A stretch of 64,000 nucleotides of DNA from Diadema antillarum (Eukaryota), in assembly GCF_040938485.1 (NCBI RefSeq), contig NW_027271042.1, positions 930,001 through 994,000 of the forward strand. The letters are read 5' to 3'. This document shows positions 11,417 to 25,000 of the stretch, piece after piece. The position numbers and the translations under genes are program-made. The notes beneath the pieces were generated by a model. The model was not told the origin of the DNA. It saw nothing but the letters and a program-made list of their open reading frames with translations, and made no database searches. Positions within the stretch are counted from its first letter, which is position 1. Each line of letters begins with the position of its first letter.

Positions 11417-14400
11417 AACAACGTTTTAGCAACGTTTCTCTGCCATATTTATGTTTCTAGTACTTGTAAAATAATTGTTATCATGTGTTTGTGTTTGTTT
11501 TTGATATTGGATACGGAGGTACCGAGGTATTAGCAGCCCACTACCCCGTCAGAAACAATTTTGAAAACCTCGAAGATTTGGATTGCATGCACACCCTACC
11601 TACTCTTTCGTGTCATCTACTTTTTGTTCACTTGCTCAAATCAGGAAGAAAACTTGCGAGCGAGCTCTGAATGAACATTGGCTCACGTAACAAGAAAGAA
11701 CTATTATTCAAATGAGGACTAACTCAGAACGCATTATAACAGTCCATGGATTGATTAATGTTTAATCGACAACAGTAATATACTGACTTACAACAAAATA
11801 CACGATTTCAAAAGTGATATCCGAAAAAGAAGTCTTGCCCTTAAATCTAATAACTTAAAACGGATAACTGATTGCAAACGTCCATAAGTTTATAATTTAT
11901 ATCATACCTATGTGACAGGAGAGGTGTCCATCCGTTTTCAGAATGGGGGAGGGGTAGGGGTGAAACAGAATGGATATCTTCGAGAAGGAGAAACAACTGA
12001 GCTGCAGCAGGGAAGGGAGGTGGACGGGATGGGGGATATAACCCTTTCCTACACGAGGGCCTTGCTGAAAATATAAATATCAAATATTTGTTTTAAAGCA
12101 TAATAAATGCGTAATCATTGATGGTAATGCTTGCAGCCATTTCTGATGACGTTATAATCATGATAAGACAAGTTTTGTGAAATTAGGCCTGCGAGAAAAG
12201 TTTAAGCATCTATACCAACATGTCACACAATTTACACTCACAGGTAAAACAATTAATGCTAGCCCAAATAGTGTAATTTCCCATCTTGGGAGCCATATTG
12301 GCGGTCATTCGGGAATGTAGTAACGGAAATATCAATATTAATCCTTTTTAAAAAGGCAGACCTAAACACAACATTAAATAAAAACCGGTACAGTCTAAAG
12401 CAACAAGTAGTTAATGGTAAGAGTATTGCTAATGAAATTAAAATCTAGCTTTTTAAAGCATAAAAAGACATGAAACAAAACAAAAATACAAACTGCCATA
12501 TTGAAAAAGAAAAACACTATTTATGAAACATGAAACAACAGCATTGGCACTGCTCACTTCTAGTTTAAAGGTAAAAGTATAAGTTCTCCTGTAAACGAAG
12601 GTTAGCATAAGGTAAAAAGTTAATAGTATAAAATATTACTTATTCTTAAACGATTGTCAAATCCTTATGTAGAGTATACTAGTACTCGTTTATTTTCAAG
12701 AGATACCATCGGTAAAGCTGGTTGGCGGATCCTCTCCCCTGGATGGCCTGGTGGTCCTGGAGTCAAACAGATATGTGTGCTATGATGGCTTTAACATCAA
12801 CGCTGCTGATTTAGTCTGCAGGGAGCACGGATTTCCAGCGGTAAAAGATTATTCGGCTAAACCTATTCCAAGTGCAGCTGCGTCAAAGAAAAATCGGCAA
12901 TTTTCATTTTATCAAGGTAACTGCAATGTTTAAGTATGCACTGATAATGTACTGCATAATATCACTGATATTTTCACTCCATGGTTGAATTCAGATGCAA
13001 AACGAAATAACAGATGATTATCTTAAAAACCTCTGTAATGCACCGAAATAGAATTGCACACTTTTTGATAACAATGTTGGACATACTCGAGTAAGTCTTG
13101 ACAGCGATCAGTGCAATGTGTTCTGGTATTTTTTTCCCCATATCCCCGATTCTCCTTTGCCAAATTTACATTGATATGAAGAAATGTTTATCATACCTCA
13201 GATTACCAATGTCGGAGTGCAAGTTTAAATGATTGCCTACGTGTATCTAAGGACACTGATTGTTTCTCGGACAGCGCTGTGAGAATCAGGTGCAGAGGTA
13301 AGATTAAAAATGAAAAGTGTAATGATACTGAATTACCGTACCACTGTACAGGTATATCATTTTTATTACCTCCGAGAGGTCATGTTTTCATTACCGTTGG
13401 TTTGTTCGTTCGTTCGTTTGTTTGTGTGCAAAATAACTCAAAAAGTAGTTAACAGATTGGGATGAAACTTGCAGGAAAGGTTGAGAATGACACAAGTAAC
13501 AAACGATTAATTTTGGTAGTCATCCGAGATTTTTGGGGAATTTATGAAGGATTTTTGATATTTTGGCAGGTAGGGTTAATGAACTTGGGAGTTCAGGCTG
13601 CACGTATTTGAGGTTTGCATGCGCGCACTAAAGTGCGTGCTCTAGTTTCTGCTGGGGAGAGGCGCGCCATGCAGCTGAGGGTTTATGACGTAACAAAGGC
13701 TTCTATATTGTGAAATCGGGCGACTTTCAGCACATGTTAATTTGTCATGCTATAAGTACGTATCTGCATTGTGCCGGGTGGAAATCACTGATACTGTATC
13801 TCTAATAGTCCAGGCGCAGGGACCCAGAAAAAATGACTTCGTTCAACCCACCCCGCAGAAAAGGTTTGACTGCATGGGGTGGTCGGTTGGACTCTCTGGA
13901 ACACCCCTAGGTAGTATGTGAGTCGAAATTGTGGTATCAATAAAATTTTACAGGCCATTTTAGTTGCGACAAGACCTTATTGTTCGAAAAAGAGTCTGCG
14001 CACGCCAAGACTACTACACGCACCACTAGCACTGCTACAGGCGCCAGTGCCAGTGGTGCGTGTAGTAGTCTTAGCGCACGCAGACTTTTTCCTCGGCAAA
14101 CAAGGGTTTTTGCCAGCAAACTCACTAGCTGGGGGCAGTGTAGTTTAGTTTCTAGCCGTTTTTATTTCGTGTATATTTTTTCCGAGTTGCAGCAAGCAGA
14201 GTGAGGTTGCATACCCAGTGATTGTGACCCCAAACCGTTCGGACGTCGCAATCACTTGGTATGCGCTTTCGCTCGGCTTAGCACAATAAAGTGGGCTTCT
14301 ACACATGCGCAAGCTGCAACTCGAAGAGATGAAAACGAAATAAAAACGACTAGAAACTAGACTGGGGTCGGTTACGGCTGGCACTGAAAATTACAACATA

Positions 14401-15258
14401 ATCACAGTTTTTGCAGTTATTTCATGAATAATTCCTCAAAACACCGTAAAACCATATGTTGCTAGAGATGTCAGCAAAACAATGGGATACATTGTAAGTT
14501 AAAATATTGTGCATGGTTACCATGGTAACCAGATGTATACAGGTGATTGATAATCCAAAAAATGCCTCCAACTGCTGCAAACTTTGGTATTTTTTGTTCA
14601 GTTTTTTTTTGTAGATAGGTGAATTAAAAACAAACATTTCTATTGATTATTGTTCAAAAAAGTTTTTTTCCTGTTGCCATGGCAACCAGTAATATCCAAT
14701 CAGGATTTAGCTGTCAATACTTAAGAACTAATGCCCATATTTTCAAAAAGCTCAATAAGCATGTCATTCTGCGTAATTGTACCATTTACAGTACTTTTAA
14801 CACATATTTGACTTCAAATTACAGGCAAATGTTGTTTCCAGCAATGTATAGACACAAAATTCCCTTCAAAATCTATGTTAATACAGAGAGCAAAGCCGAC
14901 GATATTCTGATATTAGCTTTTTAGAGTATAAATTTACAGAGAAATGGTTATTCGAAACAACCTTGGAAAAGAGCAGAAGAAAGCATTGATTGTTCTTGTT
15001 CTTAAAGGAAATTTATTCAAGACTGCAGATAAATTCCTTTCTAAAGAAGGAATATACACGTACACTGCATTATCCATCAATGGAATTAAAAGCGTACTTT
15101 TCGTTGGTAAACTATATATATTTGGACAACTTGTGGTGATATTTCATAATCAAGTTCGAATTACCAATTCTTTGTTAAATATGAATTCAATTTTTCATTT
15201 TTTGCTAAGCCTGTTACTAGAGCTCACAGTGTGATGGATTGACTTTCAGTACTTCGTT

Positions 15259-15303
<45 letters not shown>

Positions 15304-15997
15304 AGTATTTTAGCTTTATTTTTAACAAGTTTATTTGTGGATCGAGGTATTTGTGAATCAGGGTATTTTAAGGACGTCTCAGGGTCAGACAATTCAGACA
15401 ATCAGACAACTTTCTGTCTCAAATATACCATCAGCATTTATGTTTGTACCACACCAGCGTGCGATAAAAGTGAAAAAAATATCTCGAGTGTAAATACTTT
15501 TTCGTGCTTTTCGTGGACTGTAAGTGCACGAAATTTGAATCATTCTGTTTGTTATAGGCTATATCTAAAGTGTAGATACATTTTTTGTGCTTTTCGTGGA
15601 CTGTAAGTGCACGAAATTTGATTCATTCTGTCGATATAGGGTATCATTATTTGGACAACTTATGGTGATATTTCATAACCAAGTTCGAATCGTCAGTTCT
15701 TTGTTATAGATATGAATTTCTTGTTATGTCTGTTACTAGAGCTCACAGTGTGACTGACTTTCAGTACTTTGTTATACATTACAGTACAAGTTTTGTAACT
15801 TTTTTGTTCGACAATTTTATTTGTGGATCAGGGTATTTTAAGGACATTTCGGGCTCAGATAATTTTCTATTTTCCACAGTCATTTATAAGTTTGCCACAA
15901 CAAAGTAGGATAAAGTGAAAAAAATATCTGGAATCCAGACACGTTTGTTTATTTTGCCTTACGTGCTCATGATCACCCATTGTAGGTCGGGTCTTAA

Positions 15998-16977
15998 CCC
16001 TATAAAGCCCAAGCTATTTTGACCCCTTCCAGGCCCAAGGGGGGGGGGGGGGGGGCGGCACATTGTGCCCCCTACATAACTTCTTTATTATATGATGTAT
16101 GACCGTCATATTTGGCACATGGGTAGAGCAACTCATGCTCTACATGACCCAACATTTCTCAAGGTTACCCACTGAGGGCACTTTTTCCCAAAATATAAAA
16201 AATACACAGAAAACATGCTAAAATCATGTTTTTTCATTCTATTTCTTTATCCCCAGTAAATATGTTGTTATTCTATATTAATCATTTCCATATTTACTAC
16301 AAAAGAAGAGCAAGTCAACGTTCACTATTTGTTATGGTTGAAATTTCTCAAGGTCAACATGTGGGGGCGTAATTCATTACAATATAAAGAAATATATGAA
16401 ACCTATTACGTATTGCTTGGAATGGGTGCATATATTTGTATCACATTTCATATTTCCAAAATACTGAAATTTTAAGTTTACAGATTGATATTATGATAAA
16501 CAAATGATATTCCAGGCAAAGCTTGTGTGAAGATAACACAAAATAAAAAGGTAATCTTTGAAAAATGCTGTATTTTCGATTATTTCTATTATATCTATTG
16601 TTTGATGCTTATGTTATATAGAAAATAAAGGAAATAATAAGAAGACCATTTCAGGGTAATTCTCAACCATAATTACTTCACATTTCTTTCCTTTTGCAAA
16701 ACTATAGCCAAGAAAACCCCAATTTCATCCATAATTATATTGTTAACTGAAATTGAAACAGAAAATCATACAAAATCTGACTAACATGGTTGTCAGTTTA
16801 CGGTTGCCATAGCAAACAGGAATATCGGACATACCTAAATTATATATCAAAATGTTTGTAATAAGATTTTAGGAAAAGCCACCAAATTTGGTTGAAATCG
16901 GGTAAAGGGTTTAGGAGTGGCAAACGAAGATATGGTAGGGGGCACAATGTGGCCCCCCCCCCTTGGGTTTTATAGGG
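15998..16977. mobile_element. piggyBac-like MITE
   Basis: TTAA|CCCTATAAAGCCCAAG ... CTTGGGTTTTATAGGG|TTAA, with subterminal inverted GGCACATTGTGCCCCCTAC / GTAGGGGGCACAATGTGGCC. No coding sequence. Confidence 0.8.
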
Positions 16978-17176
16978 TTAAACTACCCACCTCAACACTA
17001 CAAAGTTAACCTGGATACTGCGGATAGGACCCCTAAGATTTTCCCTCATTCTCTCCTTAATAGCATTAATTCATTACTGCACGTTTTAATACAAATTTAC
17101 ATGTCATGACTTTTCATTTTATTTTTTTATTTCTAACCCTAGCTTACCAACGAAAAAGTACGCTTTTAATTCCATT

Positions 17177-18671
17177 TATTTATTTATTTATTTATTTATT
17201 TATTTCTAATCTTTTGTCAGGGTAGTCCATTCACCAATAAATAGTGGTCTTCCATGGAGCCCTGAATAATATTGATGAACATATGTACATTACATAGCAA
17301 AACGTATATACAGAAGATGACATAATACAGTGTAGATATATACCAGCGTACTGTACATTGCAAAGTAACATAAAAAGTACATGCCACAGCAAGAGTTCAC
17401 CAGAATGCCGAAATAACAATTAAAAACGCTATTTTTACAGGAATGATAAAGCCCAGAATGAATTTCGTGTGTTACTTACAAATAGCAACTTTGCTTAAAC
17501 AATCTCTTAAATGAATATATGGAAGAAGCTGATCTAATTGAATGATCTAGCCTGTTCCATTCAAGTATAGAGGACACGATTGGGCTGCACTTGTGACAAT
17601 CAGAGCGAGATCTTGGCACACATAGATTTCCACAGTCTATTAGCCTTGTATGATGTTCATGTACATCACTAGGCTTAACTAAGTGCACCTGAAGGTACGA
17701 AGGTGCTAAGTTATGGACGCATTTATATATCATCATAACGCGGCTGAAATCAAAACGTTTGTCTAGTGTCATCCATTTAAGACTTTTGAATAAATCAGCC
17801 GACGGTGTGTCATATGTTTTGTCCAAAATTATTCTTGCTGCCCTCTTTTGAATTTTTTCTAGCTTAGTTGTATGGTATTGAAATCTGTTTGACCAAGCAA
17901 CAGAACAGTAATCAAATTGTGGTAACACTAGACTATTATAAAGTAATTTTAGGGATTGTTGGGGCAAAAAGGCCTTCGCTCTCTTTATCATGCAGACACT
18001 TTTTTGGGTACGTTTACATACATTTTCGATTTGTTTAGACCATTTCAGTTCTTCATCTATCAAAACACCTAAACATTTAGTGAACTGAACTCTTTTAATC
18101 CGACTACCATCTAATGAAATACTGAAATTTTCAATTTTCCCGAGATTAGCACGGGAGCCGATAATCATGACAGAAGTTTTGTCAGTGTTAAGGACGAGCC
18201 GATTTTTCTTAATCCACCCCATTACTTTATTTAGTGCAACAGTTATCTTTTCTTCTTAAACTGTTGCGTCATTAGCACTGACAGTGAGGGTCGTATCGTC
18301 AGCGTACATATCTATAACACCTTCTGAAGTACACTCGGGTAGACTGTTGACATATATTGAAAATAAAAGGGGACCAAGAATTGACCCTTGAGGTACACCC
18401 AATTTAATAGTTGAAGGGTGGGACTTGGCTCCTTTGAATTGCGTCACTTGCTGTCTGTCACTTAAATAGCATTTAAACCAATCTACAGTCGTCTTACTAC
18501 ACCCTATACACTTTAATTTATGTAAAAGTAGGTCATGATCTACAGTGTCAAATGCCTTCCGAAGATCTATGAAGGCAACTCCAGAAATTTGATTATTATC
18601 TATATTCAAAGACCACTGATTCACAAGTTTTGCAAGAGCAGTTGATGTGGAATGAAATGGTCTGAAACCAG
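17177..18671 (-). mobile_element. 5'-truncated CR1/L2-group (Crack/Daphne-like) LINE, reverse transcriptase C-terminal half
   Basis: FIDLRKAFDTVDH, GVPQGSILGPLLF, YADDT (18624-18256), one in-frame TAA, then WIKKNRLVLNTDKT...CLGVLID (18222-17476). (AAAT)n 3' tail. ATT duplication at 17174-17176 / 18672-18674 inside the foldback arm. Confidence 0.92.
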
Positions 18672-20484
18672 ATTGATGGATAATGCAGTGTACGTGTATA
18701 TTCCTTCTTTAGAAAGGAATTTATCTGCATTCTTGAATAAATTTTCTTTAAGAACAAGAACAATCAATTGCTTTCTTCTGCTCTTTTCCAAGGTTGTTTC
18801 GAATAACCATTTCTCTGCAAATTTATACTCTAAAAAGCTAATATCAGAATATCGTCGGCTTTGCTCTCTGTATTAACATAGATTTTGAAGGGAATTTTGT
18901 GTCTATACATTGCTGGAAACAACATTTGCCTGTAATTTGAAGTCAAATATGTGTTAAAAGTACTGTAAATGGTACAATTACGCAGAATGACATGCTTATT
19001 GAGCTTTTTGAAAATATGGGCATTAGTTCTTAAGTATTGACAGCTGAATCCTGATTGGATATTACTGGTTGCCATGGCAACAGGAAAAAACTTTTTTGAA
19101 CAATAATCAAAAGAAATGTTTGTTTTTAATTCACCTATCTACAAAAAAAAAAAACTGAACAAAAAATACCAAAGTTTGCAGCAGTTGGAGGCATTTTTTG
19201 GATTATCAATCACCTGTATACATCTGGTTACCATGGTAACCATGCACAATATTTTAACTTACAATGTATCCCATTGTTTTGCTGACATCTCTAGCAACAT
19301 ATATATATATATATATGGTTTTACGGTGTTTTGAGGAATTATTCATGAAATAACTGCAAAAAAACTGTTATTATGTTGTAATTTTCAGTGCCAGCCGTAA
19401 CCGACCCCAGTCTAGTTTCTAGTCGTTTTTATTTCGTTTTCATCTCTCCGAGTTGCAGCTTGCGCATGTGTAGAAGCCCACTTTATTGTGCTAAGCCGAG
19501 CGAAAGCGCATACCAAGTGATTGCGACGCCCGAACGGTTTGGGGTCACAATCACTGGGTATGCAACCTCACTCTGCTTGCTGTAACTCGGAAAAAATATA
19601 CACGAAATAAAAACGGCTAGAAACTAAACTACACTGACCTCAGCTAGTGAGTTTGTTGGCAAAAACCCTTGTTTGCCGAGGAAAAAGTCTGCGTGCGCTA
19701 AGACTACTACACGCACCACTGGCACTGGCGCCTGTAGCAGTGCTAGTGGTGCGTGTAGTAGTCTTGGCGTGCGCAGACTCTTTTTCGAACAATAAGGTCT
19801 TGTCGCAACTAAAATGGCCTGTAAAATTTTATTGATACCACAATTTCGACTCACATACTACCTGGGGGTGTTCCTGGAGGTCCCATCTACCACTCTGTGT
19901 GGTCAAACCTTTTCTGCGGGGTGGGTTGAACGATCTCCTTAATTAAGGCCCGTACAGGAATTAGTGCCTTGACTATAATGGAAGAACAATTTAGATCAGT
20001 GGTGGAATTGAGCTGCATGCTTAGCGGAGGTCTGCGCTCTCAGAGTGCTTCTCTAGTTTATTCATTTTTTTCAGGAGGTTACTGGTTCGTATGTACCATG
20101 TAACAAAATTTCTGTAGTAAAATCGTAGACTTCAAAGCCAAGACAAAATACTCTGAATGGAAGAAGGAGTGTTTGCTGACTAATGAGACGCTAATACATG
20201 TTAAAAAAATGGATAACATAAGAAACCCCGTCGGAATTATGAAGACTTTTTGTTTCGGCTGTCCGAAGCACCTCTTGTGTGTTTTTATGAAATGACATAC
20301 TGTTTTGCCCAACCCTGTGGACGCTTGACTCACAAAACCGAATAATTATCTTCTGTACTGCTGTTTGTCTCTCTACTGATGTTTCAACCGTTTGTGTGGC
20401 TTAAATTTTGGAAATGAATTGCAAAAATTATTTATCTTCATATCAAAGCGTCGAAAGACTTTGATGTACATTAATCAACATAAT

Positions 20485-21728
20485 GCACTTGTCAATGTAA
20501 TGACTCACCCCACTACCCCCGGACATGGGTGCGTCATTTCCTCGTTTGGTCCGTCAAATTTGTGACCCAGGTGTTCGTCATTTTACCAGCTTTGTCCGTC
20601 AAATTTTTGACCGAGGGGTGCGTCAAAATCCCATCATTGTCGGTCAAAATTTTGACCGAGGGGTGCGTCATGGTACGTCACTTGGCTATGGAAAATAACA
20701 CGCATTATTTTGAACCGAGGGGTGCGTCATGGTACGTTACTTGGCTGTGGAAAACTGCACGCATTTTTGCACGCTACCGGTCCCCGCGTACGCGTCCCGG
20801 ATACACGTACCGCGAGTGAAATTACAGTGAGCGCTTTACCGCGGCAAGTGAAAATCAAAGTCGGGAAGCGTTTTGGAATAAGAGGAAAAAATGCTTGCCA
20901 GAATCTGGCAAGCAAAGAATTTAAAAGCCACCCTTTCTCCTTACATTTTCCCTCCAACAAACCCATGAAATCATGCATACTCAATCTCAAACCAGGGACT
21001 GTTCAGCGATGTAACAACTTAGTTCAATCTTTCCTGTCGAAACGGCAGCAAAAGAACTGCCTGCTGCATGCCATTTTCTGCTCGCGGGATAGCCCGACCA
21101 GCTGGCCAGACGCGCGCGCGACGTTAGATGTGCGAATCTCTACGTACAGCGACTAGTAGGCTGTAGTTACGCAGTACTCGAGCGGGAATGAATGCCGTGG
21201 CGTGGTGTGTACCTACCTGCGCTGCAGCAGTATGCATCCACCGCACTAGCAATGGCCGCGCACACACAGCGCAAATTCTGCACACATGTGATTGTCATGT
21301 ATGGATTGCATGCACAGAATACATACTACTATACGGAATACTATTATCGTAGCAGCAGCGTGATGTACGGTGAATGACAATACGGTGCTTACATGGTAAG
21401 GGAAACTTGCTGAAACTTTTACAAATTATGTGTACGAACCAAAAGAAAATGAAATTGCTTGAATAAAACGTATGCAAAAATCGTTTCAGTATTTACGGGG
21501 GTGCGTCACATGTACCGAGGATGTCCGTCACAAAAGTGACCGAGGTGTGCGTCACTTTCAACGTGTTGTCCGTCAAAAAAGTGACTGTGGTGTTCGTCAC
21601 TTGCAGCGTTATGTCCGTCAAAAAAGTGACTGTGGTGTCCGTCAAAAACCCCGTGTGGTCAGTCAAAAAATGACCATGACGCACCCATGTCCGGGGGTAG
21701 TGGGGTGCGTCATTACATTGACAAGTGC
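20485..21728. mobile_element. Unclassified TIR element (~55-bp TIRs, subterminal CGTCAAA/TGACCGAGG repeats)
   Basis: GCACTTGTCAATGTAATGACTCACCCCACTACCCCCGGACATGGGTGCGTCAT and its reverse complement at the right end. ATAAT (or TAA) duplication. Empty site CAACATGATTATGCC in C/D. Confidence 0.8.
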
Positions 21729-21885
21729 ATAATTATGCCAATGATACATTGGACATGATCAATAAGGACACTTGTCATTACAACCTAAACATGGGTCGGT
21801 TTGACAACATGATAGAAAAGATTATACTCTGCTGCCAGCAGCAAATAATATACATAAACACAGATATATCTTGCAATGACTTGTT

Positions 21886-21920
<35 letters not shown>

Positions 21921-22076
21921 AGTACAACGTGCAAACAAACAAATTTACACAAACTTGTGTATACCATCATTCTCTAATAATTTGTCTTACAAGGCGCGTG
22001 CTATGCTTTGAAGGATGGGTTTTTATTTTAAGTTCATGCTCGATTAATCCTTCGTATCGCTTTTTGGAGTTATAAT

Positions 22077-25000
22077 TCCCTTTAACAGCCATAGTTGTTA
22101 AAATGGGTTTACAGACGGCAGCTAACCTTTTACTTCACAGGAGCCGCCGGTAGGTGGCCAACCTTGGTGAGGCGTGGGAACGCGCACATACAATGTATTA
22201 TAATGTTGTTAATTTCAAACAGACCGCTTTGCGGTTATGATCAAAAATAGATTCGGGGTGGCGCGCACTCGAGTTAAGCGTAGCGGTTGGGAAGGGAAAT
22301 GCATACCCCCTTCATTATGCACTTGGTTTTAATGGAGATCGGTTCATTGTAGCTCTTGGTTCTGCATGATTTCATTCACCTATATTATTAAACCCCCTTT
22401 TTCGGGTTGTAACTGTTATTTGACCAGGACTTGGTATTAGGAATTACCTTCAAGTTGAAATGGCATATAACGGTAGGCCTACCTTTGCGGTGATTTCGAG
22501 TTCGGCCTAAGTTGTTTTAATCGCTATTTGTTCAATTTGTTCGGGAAGGAACAATCACTGATTTCGTTTGCAGCGGAAGCTCAAGCAGAGGGAGTAGCGT
22601 GCGAGTTCCGAGTCTAAGGCAGGGCGAGCCGTGGGCCCAGCCAATAGAGCCCGGCCGCCGTCAGCTCGGGCTGGCTACTAACGTTAGGAGGCCGGCATCG
22701 AGGGCAGAAGGTCATTCCAAGCTGAATGCAGGTGATGAGATGCAGTCCGGGGGCCCTGCAGTGGCCGGGCCTTCCGGGGAAGCTGTCGGTGACGGTATTT
22801 GGACAAGCTCAGCTAGAAGGATGTCTACATCAACTTCAACCTCATTCGACATGGGCAGCAAGCTCATCGGCTGCACCACCAAGGCCAGGGCCGCTGCATC
22901 AGAGACAGCTATGGCGGTATGGGCTGGCGGTGAGTTGCAAAGTATGCAAGCCTCTTGGCCTGTAGTAACTGGAAAATTAGTGTTTATAATGTTTTAACGT
23001 TAGTGGAGGAATGGAGCGAATGAGTTCACTGGCACTGGCATGGCTGTGGATGAAGTGGTGCAGGAGCATGATACCCCCTCGTTGATGACAATGGCAAGGG
23101 ATGAGTTGGGCTCCGTTGGCGTTGTTCCTTTGGTAGATATTATTGTAATATCAATTATTAAAAAAAAAAAATGCCCCAGCCCAAGGGGACGATATGATCA
23201 TGGTATTATGATTGCTCAGTATTAGTATTACTATTATTTTTAGAGGTGTTTGGTTCTTGAAACCTCTATTAAAACGTTAGTAGGCCGAGCCTAGGGCATA
23301 GCACCATAGGCCTACCATTCAGCTGCAACCACAACGCAGGGCCCCACGCATCACTTCCATTGAGCAATGGACGAGCGCCTTTTTGGTTTTTAATTGCATC
23401 CATTTAAAGCCGACAAACATTAATAAGGCACGTGACCTTGTTTAAGTGGACATGATATCGTGCGTACTGCTGCTAACCGTTAGGTTTGGGGGCTCTGGAT
23501 GATGGATAATGACACACAATGCCGCCGCCTCCATCAACACGAACCCACACGGTTGTGGGCCAGGATGGATACTTCTTACTCGTTATTCAAACGCGCAGGA
23601 TGCTCAGTCTTTATGGGAAGGTTGTTAGTAAAGCTTTTAAATGGGTATAGGTCTAGGCTAGGCCTAGGCCCCTTAAAAAAGGACAAAGAGTTATAGTTTT
23701 GTTGAGGAACTTGAAATTGGGGTATGGTTGTATAAAGTGTATGGGATAATAAACTGTAAAAGAAATTGTATTCGGCCGCATCGTAGGGCCTTTCAAAACT
23801 CCGCCATTTCATAATTTTGGTGTTCAGGCTGTGGGGTTGGTCCCAAAGGAGACCCCGGGCGAGTATTGAATGATTCATGGTTTAGTCATTGGGTAGTCAT
23901 TGGTGTATGTATGTTAAGTGTTGAGGTGAAATCAGCCTTTCGTCTGTTGCCAGTCTATTTTGGGGATTTTGAATTGTTAGGGATGTGCATTGTTAGTAAG
24001 TTTTATTATGACAGGTACATGCCCATGGGCTGTTTGATCGTTTGTTTAACCTTTGGAAAGTTCAACACGTTTCTTGAACTGAAGGAGGTCGCAGGTTCAG
24101 GAGACGTGTTGCATTGATTGGACGGCGTCTTTTTCGTGGGGACGTCGGCCGTTGAATATGGGCACCTAATGTATATTTTTTAGTCCACGTGCGAACGCCT
24201 TGGAAGTCTCCCTAGATCTAGCTATCTATTTCCCAGGTGAAGGTGGAAGGGTCGGTAACAACTATCAACTTATTTAATAGGCTTTGAGATAGATTTTGTA
24301 ATAGGTCAGGTGAGAGTGCCTCAAGGCCTCTGCTTTGAAAGTCAGCAGTAATCATGGTCAGAATGCGTTAATAGAACATGGTCAATTTCAACTTAATCTG
24401 AGAATCCTTTCATTGTTGTTGCTCTGGTGGTTTATGTACCTGTGTTTTGCCTCTTTCATGGCACAGCTAGCACGGCTCGAAAAGATTAAACGCTGGAATA
24501 GACCGTGGACTTCACAGCCTCTTTTTTCAGTTCACATTTTTCCAGAACGTGGCTTTCTTTTTAATATTTTGGTGGGATAGGGGCGTCCAAGTGAATTGAA
24601 TTACACATCATTTTAAAGCTTAGAGTCTGTTTTTTAGAATCTGTCCTTAACTAAAGATTCGTGTCTGCCCCCCCCCCCCCCCCTTTTGTTCGTTTTGTGG
24701 TGCAGGATCGCATCTGGAGCGCAAAGTATTCCATTTTTCTATTGGCCTAGACACATTTTGGGGCATTGGATTAGATGCCTATGTTTACGGCTTGTGGTCG
24801 TTGGGCAGATGGCTGGAAGGTGTCGGCATTCCGAGATATTCCATTGCCCCCTTTTTAAAATTTTCCCCCATTTTTGTTGGAATACATTTTTATGGGTATC
24901 TCACTTGGCTAATAAGTGAGTGTGTTTCGTCGGATAATCAGACCATGGTTGCAGTGATATTATTCACAGGCATCCAAATGTCCCTGGCCTTCGTTTAAAC

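Larger units (their letters stand above)
13806..19975. mobile_element. Academ-like non-autonomous foldback element with ~1.3-kb inverted arms
   Basis: Termini TAGTCCAGGCGC ... GTGCCTTGACTA with a 3-bp TAA duplication (13803-13805, 19976-19978). Near-identical inverted arms at 13839-15109 and 17144-19933; the right arm is interrupted by a LINE. The same ORFs appear on opposite strands in the ORF track. Superfamily is inferred from the TAG termini and TSD only. Confidence 0.65.
13363..20058 (+). mobile_element. Helentron/HINE (DINE-1-like) non-autonomous element in B intron 4, interrupted by nested insertions
   Basis: 5' TTATTACCTCCG...GAGGTCATGTTTTC followed by a (GTTC/GTTT)n tract. 3' GCGGAGGT subTIR plus hairpin GCGCTCTCAGAGTGC plus CTAGTT. 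Inserted in a T-run and absent from C/D. Confidence 0.6.

Noticed and set aside
13918-14924. Paired ORFs repeated on opposite strands (also 18830-19854) as duplicated genes
   Set aside because: They come from the inverted arms of the foldback element and have no recognisable domain.
22599-22997. GC-rich 132-aa ORF as a host gene
   Set aside because: It lies in the presumed gag region of the degenerate Ngaro element, with no splice structure and no counterpart in other units.
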